A stretch of 64,000 bases of DNA from Squalus acanthias (Eukaryota), in the NCBI GenBank assembly GCA_030390025.1, contig CM059432.1, positions 110,920,001-110,984,000 of the forward strand, in the 5' to 3' direction. This document shows, piece by piece, positions 24,062 to 37,261 of the stretch. Positions within the stretch are counted from its first letter, which is position 1. The number at the start of each line of letters is the position of its first letter. The notes under the pieces were generated by a model. The model saw nothing but the letters and a program-made list of their open reading frames with translations. It had not been told where the DNA came from and did no database searches. A program made the translations under genes and the position numbers.

Positions 24062-27000
24062 GGGCTAGAAATTGGATTCGGCCCAAAAACAGGCGGTGCC
24101 AAGGGCCAGCGCTATTTGCCTGCGCCCGTTGAAAGTGGTCCAAGGCAGCACACAAAATTCATGCTGCCTGCTCATTAGAATAATTGTAGCGCTGATCTCA
24201 GCGTTAAACACGCTTGTCATAGAGTCATACAGCACGGATAGAGGCCCTTCGGCCCATTGTGTCCACGCCGGCCATCAAGCCCTGTCTAATCTAATCCCAT
24301 ATTCCAGCATTTGGTCCAGAGCCTTGTATGCTATGGCATTTCAAGTGCTCATCCAAATGCTTCTTGAATGTTGTGAGGGTTCCTGCCTCCACAACCCATT
24401 CAGGCAGTGAGTTCCAGACTCCAACCACCCTCTGGGTGAAAAAGTTCTTTCTCAAATCCCTTCTAAACCTCTCGCCCTTTACCTTGAATCTATGCCCCCT
24501 TGTTATAGACCCCTCTACTAAGGGAAAAAGCTCCTTAGTATCCATCCTATCTATGCCCCTCATAATTTTGTACACCTCAATCCTGTCCCCCCTCAGCCTC
24601 CTCTGCTCCAAGGAAAACAAACCCAATCTGCCCAGTCTCTCTTCATAGCTGAAGCACTCCAGCCCGGGTAACATTCTGGTGAATCTCCTCTGCACCCTCT
24701 CCAAAGCGATCACATCCTTCCTGTAGTGTGGCGACCAGAACTGCACACAGTATTCCAGAGGTGGCCTAACCAATGTTTTATACAGCTCCATCATAACCTC
24801 CTTGCTCTTATATTCTATGCCTCGGCTAATGAATGCAAGTATCCCATATGCCTTTTTTACCACCTTATCCACCTGTTCCGCCGCCTTCAGGGATCTGTGT
24901 ACTTGCACACCAAGATCCCTCTGACCCTCCGTCTTGCCTAGGGTCTTACCATTCATTGTGTATTCCCTTGCCTTGTTAGTCCCTCCAAAGTGCATCACCT
25001 CGCACTTTTCCGGATTAAACTCCATTTGCCACTGTTCCGCCCATCTGACCAACCCATCTATATCGTCCTGCAGACTGAGGCTACCCTCCTCGCTATTTAC
25101 CACCCTACCAATTTTTGTATCATCCGCGAACTTACTGATCATACCTTTTACATTCATATCCAAGTCGTTAATGTAGACCACAAACAGCAAGGGACCCAGC
25201 ACCGATCCCTGTGGTACCCCACTGGCCACAGGCTTCCAGTCACAAAAACAACCTTCGACCATCACCCTCTGCCTTCTGCCACTGAGCCAGTTTTGTATCC
25301 AATGTGCCAAGGCACCCTGGATTCCATGGGCTCTTACCTTCTTGACCAGTCTCCTGTGCGGGACTTTATCGAAGGCCTTACTGAAATCCATGTATACCAC
25401 ATCCACTGCGTTACCCTCATCCACACACCTAGTCACCCCCTCAAAAAATTCAATCAAATTAGTCAGACATGATCTTCCCTTGACAAAGCCATGTTGGCTA
25501 ACCCTGATTAATCCTTGCCTCTCCAAGTGGAGACTAATTTTGTCCCTCAGAATTTTTTCCAATAATTTTCCTACCACTGATGTTAGGCTCACTGGCCTGT
25601 AGTTCCCCGGTTTTTCCCTACTCCCTTTCTTGAATAATGGTACTACATTAGCGGTTCTCCAGTCCTCTGGCACATCCCCTGTGGCCAGAGAGGTTCTGAA
25701 TATATGTGTTATAGCCCCCGCAATCTCCTCCTTTGCCTCACACAGCAGCCTGGGATACATTTCGTCCGGACCTGGGGATTTATCCATTTTTAGACCTGCT
25801 AAAACCGCCAATACCTCCTCCCTCTCGATATTAAAATGTTCGATTGTGATTGGCTTAGTACTCAACAGAGAGGGGGCAAGGAGGAGGGGGGGCGGTGGGC
25901 AGGGAGGAGGGGGGGGGTGCAATATCGGGTGCAGTCTACTGGCCATAACGTGTGGCCAAGGTTCTCTGCACTACTTAAAGGGGAGATGCTTTGATGCAGC
26001 AGCACCTCATTGTCATTGCAGACTGAAGCCATACAACACAGCAACAACAACCCAGAGAGAGAGCCAGAAGGTTTTCGAATGCTGCTCTCGAGGCCTTGGT
26101 AGTGGCAGCAGAGAGAAGGCGGGGTGTCCTGTTCCTGCAGGATGGCAGGAAGCCATCAAAAGCTACCAGGAGAAGGCTTTGGCAGGAGATAGCTACCCAC
26201 GTCACAGCCAACAGTGTCGTGCCAAGGACTTGGATCCAGTGCCGAAAGAAGTTTAATGACCTCAGGTCACGGTGAGTGAAGGCTTCAGCAAATGCCAAAT
26301 CTCACCATCTGCACCACAAGCCTCACACACTGCTCAATGCACCACACCCCCATCACTCACCTACCAACAATATCTACCTATCATCACTCAGACCTCACAA
26401 TCATAGCTTCACTTCACCCTCACAATCTTACCACTGCTGCAACACTCACACCCACATCTCACACTGACAGCTGTTCAACTATGGCAGGCACATCACCCAA
26501 ACACATTGCACTAGACTCACTCACACACTTCCCTTTCTATTGCAGGCCAAGGTGACTCACAGTCGCGGGGAACAAAAGGAGTTGGCCGAAAGGCATCAAG
26601 CCGCTGTAAAGTCCTTGAGTCAACTGGAGGAATCCGTGCTCGACATCATCATTGGAGGAGCAGTGACCGAGGCCGTGGCAATGGGAGAAGTTGAAGCCCT
26701 TGCTGATAATGAAGGTATGGTCATTCCTAATTCTTCTTCTCACATCCCGCTTCACCCTCATCCCACAATCTCTTCTCACTTACAAGCTGATGATGCTGTA
26801 TGCATGGATATCTTGCTTCCCCCGCTCCCCTCACCACAACCTGACCCTTGTGCCTTTCTGCTTTCACATACCCAAGAACTGCCAGCAGCACAGCCTGTCC
26901 ACAAAGTCATGGAGGAGAGTGGAGAAGAAGACGACACACCGTCACTGCATCTGACACACGCAGACACCAGCTCAGAAACTGGCACTGCACGGAATGTAGA

Positions 27001-29400
27001 GGGTGGTATAGAGTCGGGATCTGCACATGGTGAGGCACCGGGCGCGAGTGAGCTGCAGCCAGGCCAGGGGGAAAGGGTAGCTCGGGGGCCAGCTCCCTGG
27101 AGGACAAGGTCGCACAGAAGTTCTGCTGCACTGCACTCAGATGATGAACTTGATGGCGCATCCTTCAGAAGAAAGGTGATGGCCATGCACACCAAAATGT
27201 TAGGTGCAATGGCAGGCCTGCCAGAGAGTCACTTGTCAATGTCAAGGAGCGTGAAGGAGTCCCCTCCAACATTGGACAGGACTTTGCGCAGAGCTTGGAG
27301 CCCATGATTTCCAGTCTGAAAGTGATGGACTGTGTTGACCCAGACATGATACTACGTGTGATGGGCGATGTCGCGGCTTCCATTGCAGCACAAGCGGAAG
27401 TGACCCAACGTCTCAGTGCTGCAGTGGAAGCTCAGACTGCTCTCCTGCAGGCTCAGCTTGCTTTTACCCAAGCTCAGACTGCTGTCATCGTGGCTGGGTT
27501 TACCAGTGTGGAAAGGGGTTTGCAGGGTCTCACAGCAGGTCAGCAATCCATTCTCAAACAGATTGCTAGGAATGCGGAGGCACCACCCTGGGGGAGTGGC
27601 AGTGGGTCAGTGGAGCAGGACCCTGCTGTCCTCTCTCAGGATGACAGTATTCCTGCTCCCACCACTGCCACTCCGCCATTGCCCTTGTCGCTGCCTGTCA
27701 GCCAGCCAGCCCAGACTGCTGCCACCCATGCCGAGGTGGTGCAGTCTACAGCCGGGCCTTCCAGGCCCAGAGCTGCTCGAGGTCATCCTGCAAGGCCAGC
27801 TGAAGTCTCCACCCACTGCAAGTCATCAGCCTTCCACCAGCCATGCTGCAGCCACTGGGGTAGCACTGCATAGGAGCACTAGAACAGGTTAAGGAACATG
27901 AACGACAGGCACTAAGGGATTGCACAAGCGTGATTAGTTCATATTGTAATGTTGAATAGTGATGAATTTATTAATTGTGTTTGGAATGTGTGTTTTGTGG
28001 TGGTTCTCATTTCTGCTTTGCACCCAGGAGTGGTGAGCAACGGGGATCTGGGGTTTCATTCATTGGAATCGGAGTCTGATGAGGCGTTCACGGACAGCCC
28101 GTCCGGAAGGGGGATTTGCTGCCTGCCTCCTCCCTTCCTCACACAAGAACCAGCGGAGGGGAGTCATCAGCCAGGTGCAGAGGGGATAGCCCTTGTTTCC
28201 GAGCAGCCATCCTGGAGTTTCATGTGGTGGCTGGAAGATTGCTGGCACACCAGACATACGCATGATGAAAGCGTCATGACTGCTGTCAGGATAGCAGGCA
28301 TTCACCATCAGGATGTACTGGCCGAAGTCGCACACCAGCTGCACATTAAGTGAGTGGTAGTCTTTGCGGTTACGGACCATCTCAGGATTGTTACGCGGTG
28401 CCCGTGTGTGCAGCCGATGGCGCTCTGCACGATGGGGAAGCCCACTATCCTGGCAACGCCACATGCGCACTCCTCTTGTTTCACTCTGTTCAGAGAGAAG
28501 ACAACGTAGTCCCTTCTCCTGGTGTAGAGAGCCTCAGTGACCTCCCGGATGCAGTGATGGACAGCAAACTGCAAGATGTTGGCTATATCTCCTGCTGCCG
28601 ACTGGTAGGATCCACTGGCGAAGAAATTGAGATCCACGGTAACCTTGAGGGCCACTGGGAGAGCCGTGGTCGGCCTGCTCTCAGGCAGCAGATCCAGTTG
28701 CAGGAGGTGGCAGAGTTCTGTGACCACCTCCCTTCTGAAGCGGAGTCTCCGAATACACTGCTCCTCACTTAATTGGAGGAAAGAGAAGTGCTCACGGAAG
28801 ACCCTAGGTGGGTAAGGCCTCCTGTTGAGATCCCTCCTGGCCCTCCTCCTCCCTCTGCGTGCATCTCCTCTTCTTCACTGCCTCCGCACCATCTCCCAAA
28901 GACACTCAAGTGCAAGGGGGACTGCAAGTAGCGTCCCCATGACTGTGAGCAAATGTTGTGAGCTGAAGCCTTTAAATGAGAATGAAGGTGTTCTCCACTT
29001 GCACCAACACTCCCTGTCACCTCAAGAACTTGAAACACATTTAGAAAGCTGCAAGAGCTGCAGAAAGTTACACAGAGCCATTCAAACTGAACAAACATGT
29101 CAGCTGCAAGTTGTTGATGATCCCTATAAATATCGCTGCTGGAGGCTCCTTCCTGCTACTGAACGTTTAGTCAGCTGCTGGTGATTAACACAGGATGGTA
29201 AGTGGAGTGGCGAATGCGAATGGGCATCAAGTGAGCATCTGCCTATTCTAAATATCTCCAGCGAGCGTGGACACCGGCAGCGCTGCTGACCTGCCAAAAA
29301 TGGCAGCCGCTGTGGGACCCGCCAGAAGGTAGGCAGTCACCATTTTTTTTGATCACCACGGGCCTTAATGTCCAGCACAAAAACCTCGAATCTCTAGGCC
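24062..29400. mobile_element. Degenerate Harbinger copy 3 (Myb relic + about 26060-27890; transposase relic - about 28060-28940)
   Basis: Ends gggctagaaatt / aatctctaggcc. Motifs WIQCRKKFNDL, NRKDYHSLNVQLVCD, LLGNKGYP. Host CR1 resumes on both sides. Confidence 0.85.
24217..25845 (-). mobile_element. Young 5'-truncated CR1 LINE with an uninterrupted RT frame, nested in Harbinger copy 3
   Basis: ORF 24291-25946 has no stops from KSPGPD through FADDTK to the C-terminus. Confidence 0.95.
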
Positions 29401-29475
29401 TCTGTCTATTTACTTTAGAGTAGCGTAGACTTAGAGGTGACCGGATAGAGATCTATACAATAATTAAAGGGCTGG

Positions 29476-30087
29476 TTGCTAGACATCCTGGAGAGATGTA
29501 TGTTGGACATCTTGGTGAGTTCAAAGTTTAACAGTCGAACTTCTTTGTTAAACAGGATGACATTGAAGTGTCGTAAAAGGAATATATTATCAGGCTTTCC
29601 GATAAAAACAAATTGACATTGAAGTGTGGTGAGTAGAAAGCCTGGCTTGTCTTCTGATATGTAAAGTGCTTGTGTAAGGAAATAAGTGTGGGTAATAAAA
29701 CAGGGGCAGCGAGTCCTTTTGCTAAAGATAACAGTAGGTAAAGGAAGCTTTATTTAAGGGAAGTGATTCTGAGGTAAACAATTTCAAACTGTTTACAAAG
29801 ATAATCTGTTTCCAGAGGGTTTGGGAAATAGATATGCATTTTGACATTTCCCTTTGATGTAGAGGGGAAGAGTTAAAATATGGTGTATAAATGAGCATGG
29901 TTTTCAACAGTATCTCAGAGTGTACTCAAAAGATACAGAAACCGGTAAAGTTGCTCTCTGTATAGAGTTAAAGACTGATCACCTTTCTGTATATCAATAA
30001 AGTCTGTTCCGTATACTCCAATACGAAGTCTCGAGCTTACTCGAAACGTGTTGTTGTGAACCAGAGGAGAAAGGAGGTTGCTCAACA
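29476..30087 (+). mobile_element. Possible solo LTR
   Basis: About 610-bp insert in the CR1; AATAAA about 90 bp before a CAACA end; flanks ctgg/ctga; 5' TG end unclear. Confidence 0.3.
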
Positions 30088-30906
30088 CTGATTAGCATCC
30101 CTATTGATAGATTATTCCAGTTTACCAGATTGGGGAGGAACAGGGGATATGATTTTTAACGATGTAAGAGTAGGAATATTAGGCAGTTCTTCTTTTCCCA
30201 AAGAGCAGGGAGTCTCTGGAATTGTTGCCAGCTGGTGTGGTGGGTGCTGACTCTCTGCATTGCCTTCACGAGGGAGCTGGACCGGTTCCTGACTGGGGCA
30301 GAGATCGCATCATAGATAAGGTAAGTGTCTTTATAGGTAACACCTGGTCTATGTGATCTCCTGGACTGGTTTCAATCACCTGAGCGGGTCGGAGAGGAAT
30401 TTTACAGAGTATTTTTTCCCTCATTTGCCCTGGATTTTTCCTGTTTTTTTGCCTCTCCCAGGAGATTACATGGCTGTGGGGGTGGGGGGTGGGGTGGTGA
30501 GCTTGGGGGAGGGAATAAGTGATTAGCCATGATGGCCCAGCCATCGTGGTGTGCGGCAGGCTTGATGTCTTTTCCTGAAAGTCATTCTTGTATCTTCGTC
30601 AGTCTTTCTTTCTATATTTTGTGGAAAATTGGTTTCTCATTTATCAGCATAGGTCAAAATCTTTACATTTTACAATTATACTCGAGGTCACAGAAGAGAA
30701 AAAAGAAAATGGCGAAAAGGGAAATATTTGGATACATGCAATTACTGTTACATCTTTACACCAAAAAGTATAGTTTTATAGAATTTAAAGTAGCCAGAGA
30801 GGTACTTTATTTATGCTGTCCTGCCTTCAGTGATCTGCTAGCTGCAGTATTACAGTACTGCTTTCATTCAATGACAAGCCAATTACTGGTGCCAATGGGC
30901 TTAGAG

Positions 30907-33900
30907 ATGGCTAAATTGGGCTGTGTAGCGCCTGTTTTTTTAGGCACGACACAACCACCTAACACTCGAAAATGGGGTCTGAGATGCGCGCGCATACTTC
31001 TGATGGGAAGTGTGCCGGACACCATCTTGGTAAAGGGGTTTACAAGCCCGCACCCAATGACCGCCGGCAGCATGCAGAGCAGGCAGATCACGATGCGAAT
31101 CAGTGTGCAATGCTGATTTGACGCCAGCACTGCCATTTTCCAACTGCATCCTCCAGCCAAAGCCCTCTCTTAACCTCTCACAGCTGAACACGATGTTAAA
31201 CGGACTGAAGGACCCCCCACCAGCGCTATTGAAAGGGATCATGAACTACTTACAGGTTTGTTGCTGAAGGCCATATACATTGAGGGTCCTTAGGCAGCAA
31301 TTCTCTGACCTCAACTTCAGCGAGGACCAACGCATGAGACGCCTTCACTTCACAAAAGAGTTTGTGACTGAAATCTGCCAACTGCTGCAGCCACAACTGC
31401 AACCTCAAAATAGGGCAAGGACAGTATTGCCTGTGGCTGTCAAGGTGACTGTGTGTACTAACTTTTATACGTCTGACTCCTTCCAGGCTGCTGCTGGAGA
31501 TATAAGCAATATCTTGTAGTTTGCAGTGCACTGTTACATAAGGGACGTCACTGAGGCACTTTATACAAAGAGAGACAGCTCATTTCATTCTCTCTTGGCA
31601 GAGACAAGCAGGGAGAGCGAGCATGAGGGTTTGGCATCGACTGCATGCACATTGCCCTACATGCACCTCATGTCAACTCTGCCATTTTCCTGAACCAAAA
31701 GGGATTCCACTCCCTCAATGTGCAGCTGGTGTGTGACCACAGGCAGCATATCATGTAGGTCAATGCCCGGTCTCCTGGCAGTAGTCACGCTTCCTTCATT
31801 CTGTGTCAGTCCTCTGTGCCACCTGTATTTGACCCACCACGGCAAGTCAAAGACTAGCTACTGGGCGTCAAGCATTATCCACTCATGACATGTTTCCGGT
31901 CTGGAGCCCACACACACGTGCACAGCAGGCATACAATGAGAGCTATGCTGCCACAAAGAACGTTATAGAGCACACCATCAGTGTCTAGCAATGCTTCCGC
32001 TGCCTGGACCGCTCTGGAGGAGCCCTGCAGTACTCAGCTGAGCGGGTAGCAAGATTTGTGGTCGTATGCTGCATGCTGCACAACCTAGCCATTATGGGGA
32101 ACAGCCCTTGCCTCCACCTATCAGGCAAGAAGTGAGGAGCTGGAGCACGAGGAAGAGGAGGAGGAGGAGGAAGTGGAGGAGAACGAAGTGCAATAGGAAT
32201 TGGAGGACCAGGAAGAGGAAGGGAGGCTACAACATAGACAGCCCTTTCTGCCCGGGATCTACGTAATCAACTAATTAATGAGCGATACCAGTAATCTCAA
32301 TCACACTTCCCCATTCACCAACAGACCCACGCTCCTTACCTTTCCTCTATCACTGACCATCACATCTTTCCGACAACACACAAATAAAAAACACCAGAAA
32401 ATGCACATTCCAATCCAAATTTATAAATTTAATCAGGACATAATGCATACAAAAATAAACTAATCACCCTTGAGCATTCCCTTAGTGCCTGTCTTCCCCT
32501 GCCACTCCCCCTGAGTGAGGAAAGCAGGTTTGTGCTCCATGGAGCCACTGCCACTCTCCCGGGGCAGCGCCTCAGCAATCCTATTGATCTGTTGGAGAAT
32601 AGATTGATGGACTGCTGTGACGCCCTGGAAGCTCCTTTGAACAGTGGTATTCAGAGCCATGATGGCAGTCTGAGCTTCCACTGCAGCACTCAGACCTTTG
32701 ATGGAAGCTGCTTGTGCTGTGACAGTGGCCATCAGACGCTGCATCATGGTGAGTTCCACAGGTTTGCTGATGGAGGTGACCACCCATTCCATGTTGGAAA
32801 GGATGGGCTCCAAGATCTGTGCAAGGGCCTGTGCCACGTTGGGGTTGGACTCTTCCATGCTCCTTGACATTGAGCACAGGCTTTCTAGTGCACCAAGCAT
32901 TGGGTGTGTTCACCTATCAGCCTTCTTCTGTAGCCTGGCCCATCGAAGTCCTCACCTGACTCCTCTGCAGCAGAACTAGTGTGTGACCTCGCCCTCCGGC
33001 GAGCACCTGCACTATCCTTTCCTCCTGCCCTGGCTCCTGTACACTTGTGCCCAGTGTCTCACCACGTGCAGATCCCTCCTCTATCCTAGCCTCTAAAATA
33101 GGTGCAGTGGCAGTGTCTGAGCTGCTGGCTGCAAGTATAAGATCGAGTGATGGTGTTTCTTCATCTTCACTGTCTTCTTCCTCTGACTGGGAAGGTTCCA
33201 GTTCTTGGGTATCTGAAATGAAAAAGGGACTCGGCTTGGGTTGTGGTGAGGGGAGAGGAGAAAGTAAGAAGTGTGTGCTTACACCATCTGCAGCTTGTGA
33301 GTCAGAAGAGATTGTGGGATGAGGGAGAAGTGGAAAGAGAGAAGGAGAATTAGGTACGAAGATACCATCATCATCCAACCCTCCAGCTCCGCCAGTGGCC
33401 GCGGCCTCAGTGATGCCCCTTCCCATGATGACCAGCACTGTCACCTCCATGGGGGTTAAAATATGCAGGCGTGCTTGTCCTCCTCCAGTTCTTTCCTCCT
33501 CCTGCTGTTATGCGCCACCTTCTCCTGCAAGAGGGAAGTGTGTCAGTCAGTGTTCTGCAATATGTCTGGGTGATGCGGCTGTCGTGGTTGAATAGCTGCC
33601 AGTGTGTGCAAGCTGTGAGTGTGAGGCAACGGTGCTGAGTGTGTGAGGGTGAGGTAAAGCATATGATTTGAAGGGTTGAGCACTGATTGATAGAGATAGT
33701 TAGTAGGTGGGTGATGGGGGTGTAGTGAATTGATGCAGTTGGTAGGATATGGCATTTAAAGGTGAACTCACTCACCTTGACAACTCGTGTCAGATCGTTA
33801 AACTTCTTCCTGCACTGTACCCATGTTCTTGGAGCAACATTCTTGGCATTGACCTCGGCCGCTACTTGTTCCCACTGCCTCCTGAGCATGTGTCTGAAGG

Positions 33901-34289
33901 GCCTCCTGCCCCCCTGTGGATACAGGACGTCTCTCCTCCTTTCCACCTCTTCCACCAAGACCTCCAGTGCATTGTCTGAAAACCCTGGTGCTCGCTCTCT
34001 CACATGTTCAGCCATTGTATCACAGCACAGATTGATTTTTGAAAAAGCTCGCACCACTTCTTGCAGCCACAATGCACCACCCCTTTAAGACGTGCTGGCT
34101 GCCTTTCAGTAGGTCTAGCCACTCACGATATCTGGGCCCCTGCTGATGGGTCTGATCAATGAGCAGCGCAGGTAGTGTTGGATGCATGCAGCAATCATGT
34201 AAAGCAGCACGAATTTAACATGCTGCCTGCATCGCAACGAATGGGCGCGGGTTAATCGCCTATTTTCAGGGGTTAGTCAAATTAACTCC
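30907..34289. mobile_element. Degenerate Harbinger copy 4 (transposase relic + about 31255-32293; Myb relic - about 32460-34015)
   Basis: RRLHFTKEFVTEICQLLQP, KGFHSLNVQLVCD, CCMLHN; RTWVQCRKKFNDLTRVVK. Candidate GAG TSD with degenerate TIRs. Confidence 0.85.
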
Positions 34290-34597
34290 GAGATTTTATA
34301 TGGTTTTGAATGGTCTACTGATAACGATAGTTAATTAAAATAGTGCACTCTCAAAATCAAACTTGAAGCTGAAAGATATGTAAACCATTATTTAAATTAC
34401 TAAATAATCACGACAGTGCTGGTGTTTGAAAATGATACTCGTGTTCTATTATGAGATTGATTGGTTGTAGCTGTCCTGCCTGAATCCAAGAAAACACAAT
34501 TTTGCACTGGGAGCATGAATTACGGGAATCACTGAAAAGAAAAATTGCTCTATCATAAGAAGCTGCTCTCCTTTGTCCTCTCCCTTACTCATACACA

Positions 34598-35718
34598 TGA
34601 GTGTGGCATCAAGGAGCCCTAGTAAAACTGAAGTCAATGGGAATTGGGGGGAAAACTCTCCACTTGCTGGAGTAATACCTAGCACAAAGGAAGATGGTTG
34701 TGGTTGTTGAAGGTCAATCATCTCAGCCCGAGGACATCGCTGCAAGAGTTCCTCAGGGCAGTGTCCTAGGCCCAACCATCTTCAGCTGCTTTATCAATGA
34801 CCTTCCCTCCAACATAAGGTCAGAAGTGGGGATGTTCGCTGATGACTGCACAGTGTTCAGCACCATTCACAACTCCTCAGATAATGAAGCAGTCCATGCC
34901 CGCATGCAGCAAGACCTAGATGACATTCAGGCTTTGGCTGATAAGCGGCAGGTAACATTCGCGCCACACAAGTGCCAGGCAATGACTATCTCCAACAAGC
35001 GAGAGTCTAACCACCGCCCCTTGACATTCAATGGCATTACCATTGCCGAATCCACCACCATCAAACATCCTGGGGGGTCACCATTGCCCAGAAACTTAAT
35101 TGGACCAGCCACATAAATACTGTGGCAACAAAAGCAGGCCAGAGGCTCGGTATTCTGCGGCGAGTGTCTCACCTCCTGACTCCCCAAAGCCTTTCCACCA
35201 TCTACAAGGCACAAGTCAGGAGTGTGATGGAATACTCTCCACTTACCTGGATGAGTGCGGCCCCAACAACACTCAAGAAGCTCGACACCATCCAGGACAA
35301 AGCAGCCCGCTTGATTGACACTCCATCCACCACCTTAAACATTCACTCCCTCCACCACCGGCGTACCGTGGCTGCAGTGTGTACCATCTACAAGATGCAC
35401 TGCAGCAACTCGCCAAGGCTTCTTCGACAGCACCTCCCAAACATGCAACCTCTACCACCTAGAAGGACAAGGGCAGCAGGCGCATGGGAACACCATCACC
35501 TCCAAGTTCCCCTCCAAGTCACACACCATCCTGACTTGGAAATATATCACCATTCCTTCATCGTCGCTGGGTCAAAATCCTGGAACTCCCTCCCTAACAG
35601 CACTGTGGGAGTACCTTCACCACACGGACTGCAGCGGTTCAATTAGGGCAATTAGGGATGGGCAATAAATGCTGGCCTTGCCAGTGGTACCCACATCCCA
35701 GGAATGAATTAAAAAAAA
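34598..35718 (+). mobile_element. Non-LTR retrotransposon fragment of a different CR1-group lineage
   Basis: VPQGSVLGPTIFSCFINDLP, MFADDCT, IYKAQVRSVMEYSPL.W. Tail gcaataaatgctggccttgcc...gaatgaattaaaa; a similar tail lies at about 9075-9128. Confidence 0.85.
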
Positions 35719-35938
35719 TCTCTCCAAGTATAGCTCAGTTTTCATACATTCTGCACAGTTGCTGTTTATGGTGGCAGTGTACACCATAGTGGACAGACTT
35801 AGGTTCAATCGCCCAGTCCAATGAGTGCCACATTCAGCCATATTGAGTCACAAGTGGAGGTAGCAAGTGTGGGCAAGGAGTTTCCATGGGTAGGTGTGCA
35901 AGGAAGGAGCAAAATCATTGCAAAGCCACTTTTGCATG

Positions 35939-36711
35939 ACTTATCTGAATGGCAATAGATTGGGAGAAGGGGAAGTGCAACGAGACCTGGGTGTCCTTGT
36001 GCACCAGTCGCTGAAGGTAAGCATGCAGGTGCAGCAGGCGGTTAAGAAGGCAAATGGTATGTTGGCCTTCATAGCGAGAGGGTTTGAGTACAGGAACAAG
36101 GATGTCTTGCTGCAGTTGTACAGGGCCTTGGTGAGACCACACCTTGAGTACGGTGTGCAGTTTTGGTCGCCTTATCTGAGGAAGGATGTTCTTGCCATGG
36201 AAGGAGTTCAGCGAAGATTCACAAGGCTGATACCTGGGATGGCAGGAATGACGTATGAAGAGAGATTGGGTCGATTGGGCTTATACTCGCTGGAGTTTAG
36301 AAGAATGAGAGGGATCTCATTGAATCTTATAAAATTCTGACAGGACAGGACAGGACAGGACAAACTAGATGTAGGAAGGATGTTCCCGATGGTCGGGGAG
36401 TCCAGAACCAGGGGTCACAGTCTAAGGATAAGGGGTAAGCCATTTAGGACAAAATGAGGAGGAATTTCTTCACCCAGAGAGTGGTGAACCTGTGGAATTC
36501 TCTGCCACAGAAGGCAGTAGAGGCCAATTCATTAAATAGATTCAAGAAGGAGTTGGATATATTTCTTAAGGCTAAAGGGATCAAGGGATATGGGGAGAAA
36601 GCAGGGACAGGGTACTGAATTTGGATGATCAGCCATGATCGCATTGAATGGCGGAGCAGGCTAGAGGGGCCGAATGGCCTACTCCTGCTCCTATCTTCTA
36701 TGATTCTATGA
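35939..36711 (+). mobile_element. 5'-truncated CR1 LINE
   Basis: RDLGVLVHQSLK...RPHLEY...; tail ttctatgattctatga. Confidence 0.92.
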
Positions 36712-37261
36712 TGCCCAGCTGCCTGCCAAGAACAACACGTATGGAAGACCAATAGCAGGATCTCCCCACACACCCTTCTGACCAGTTTCACTGCATGACC
36801 TGGTGAGATAAGAGCAAGAAGAGAGAGAAAAGTCATTAAAAAAAAACTCAAAGGCACATTGGGTAAAATTGTGAGGCTGTTGGGATTAAATTAATCACCA
36901 GAAAATCAGATGTGTGCTGACCTCGGTGTCTGGATTCTTCAATCTGTGCTTCTGTATCCGGAGCAGAGTCTTGTGAGATTTATTCTATAATCTCTTCAAA
37001 ACTAAACTGCATTCTTTCACAATCTTGCAATTTGTAAACTTGAAGTGAAAATAAAAATGTGGAGATCAGCCAGGTTTAAATATTGAATCAGTACGGCTAT
37101 GCATTTGGATCGTGTTGGAATTTAGAATCAAGTGGTCTTCCAGATCTGTACTCTTCAGTAAAGATGTTGGGATGTGTCTCCGGCAGGGATGGGCTTTCAT
37201 GAGACTTCCATGTACTCAGATATGTATCCATCACAAGGCTCCCTGGGACTCATGGTACACT

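Larger units (their letters stand above)
23325..30560 (+). mobile_element. Old CR1 LINE split into 23325-24061, 29401-29475 and 30088-30560 by insertions
   Basis: DFQKAFDKVPH, FADDSK, RPHLEYCAQF...LKEL; resumes LFTLE.RRLRGD at about 29405. Confidence 0.7.

Noticed and set aside
25846..25946. Proline-rich N-terminus fused to the RT ORF
   Set aside because: Chance read-through from a G-rich Harbinger segment into a 5'-truncated CR1.
30529..31116. 195-aa ORF as a host exon
   Set aside because: Spans a junction into Harbinger copy 4, and another frame shows a TRGH CR1-like remnant.
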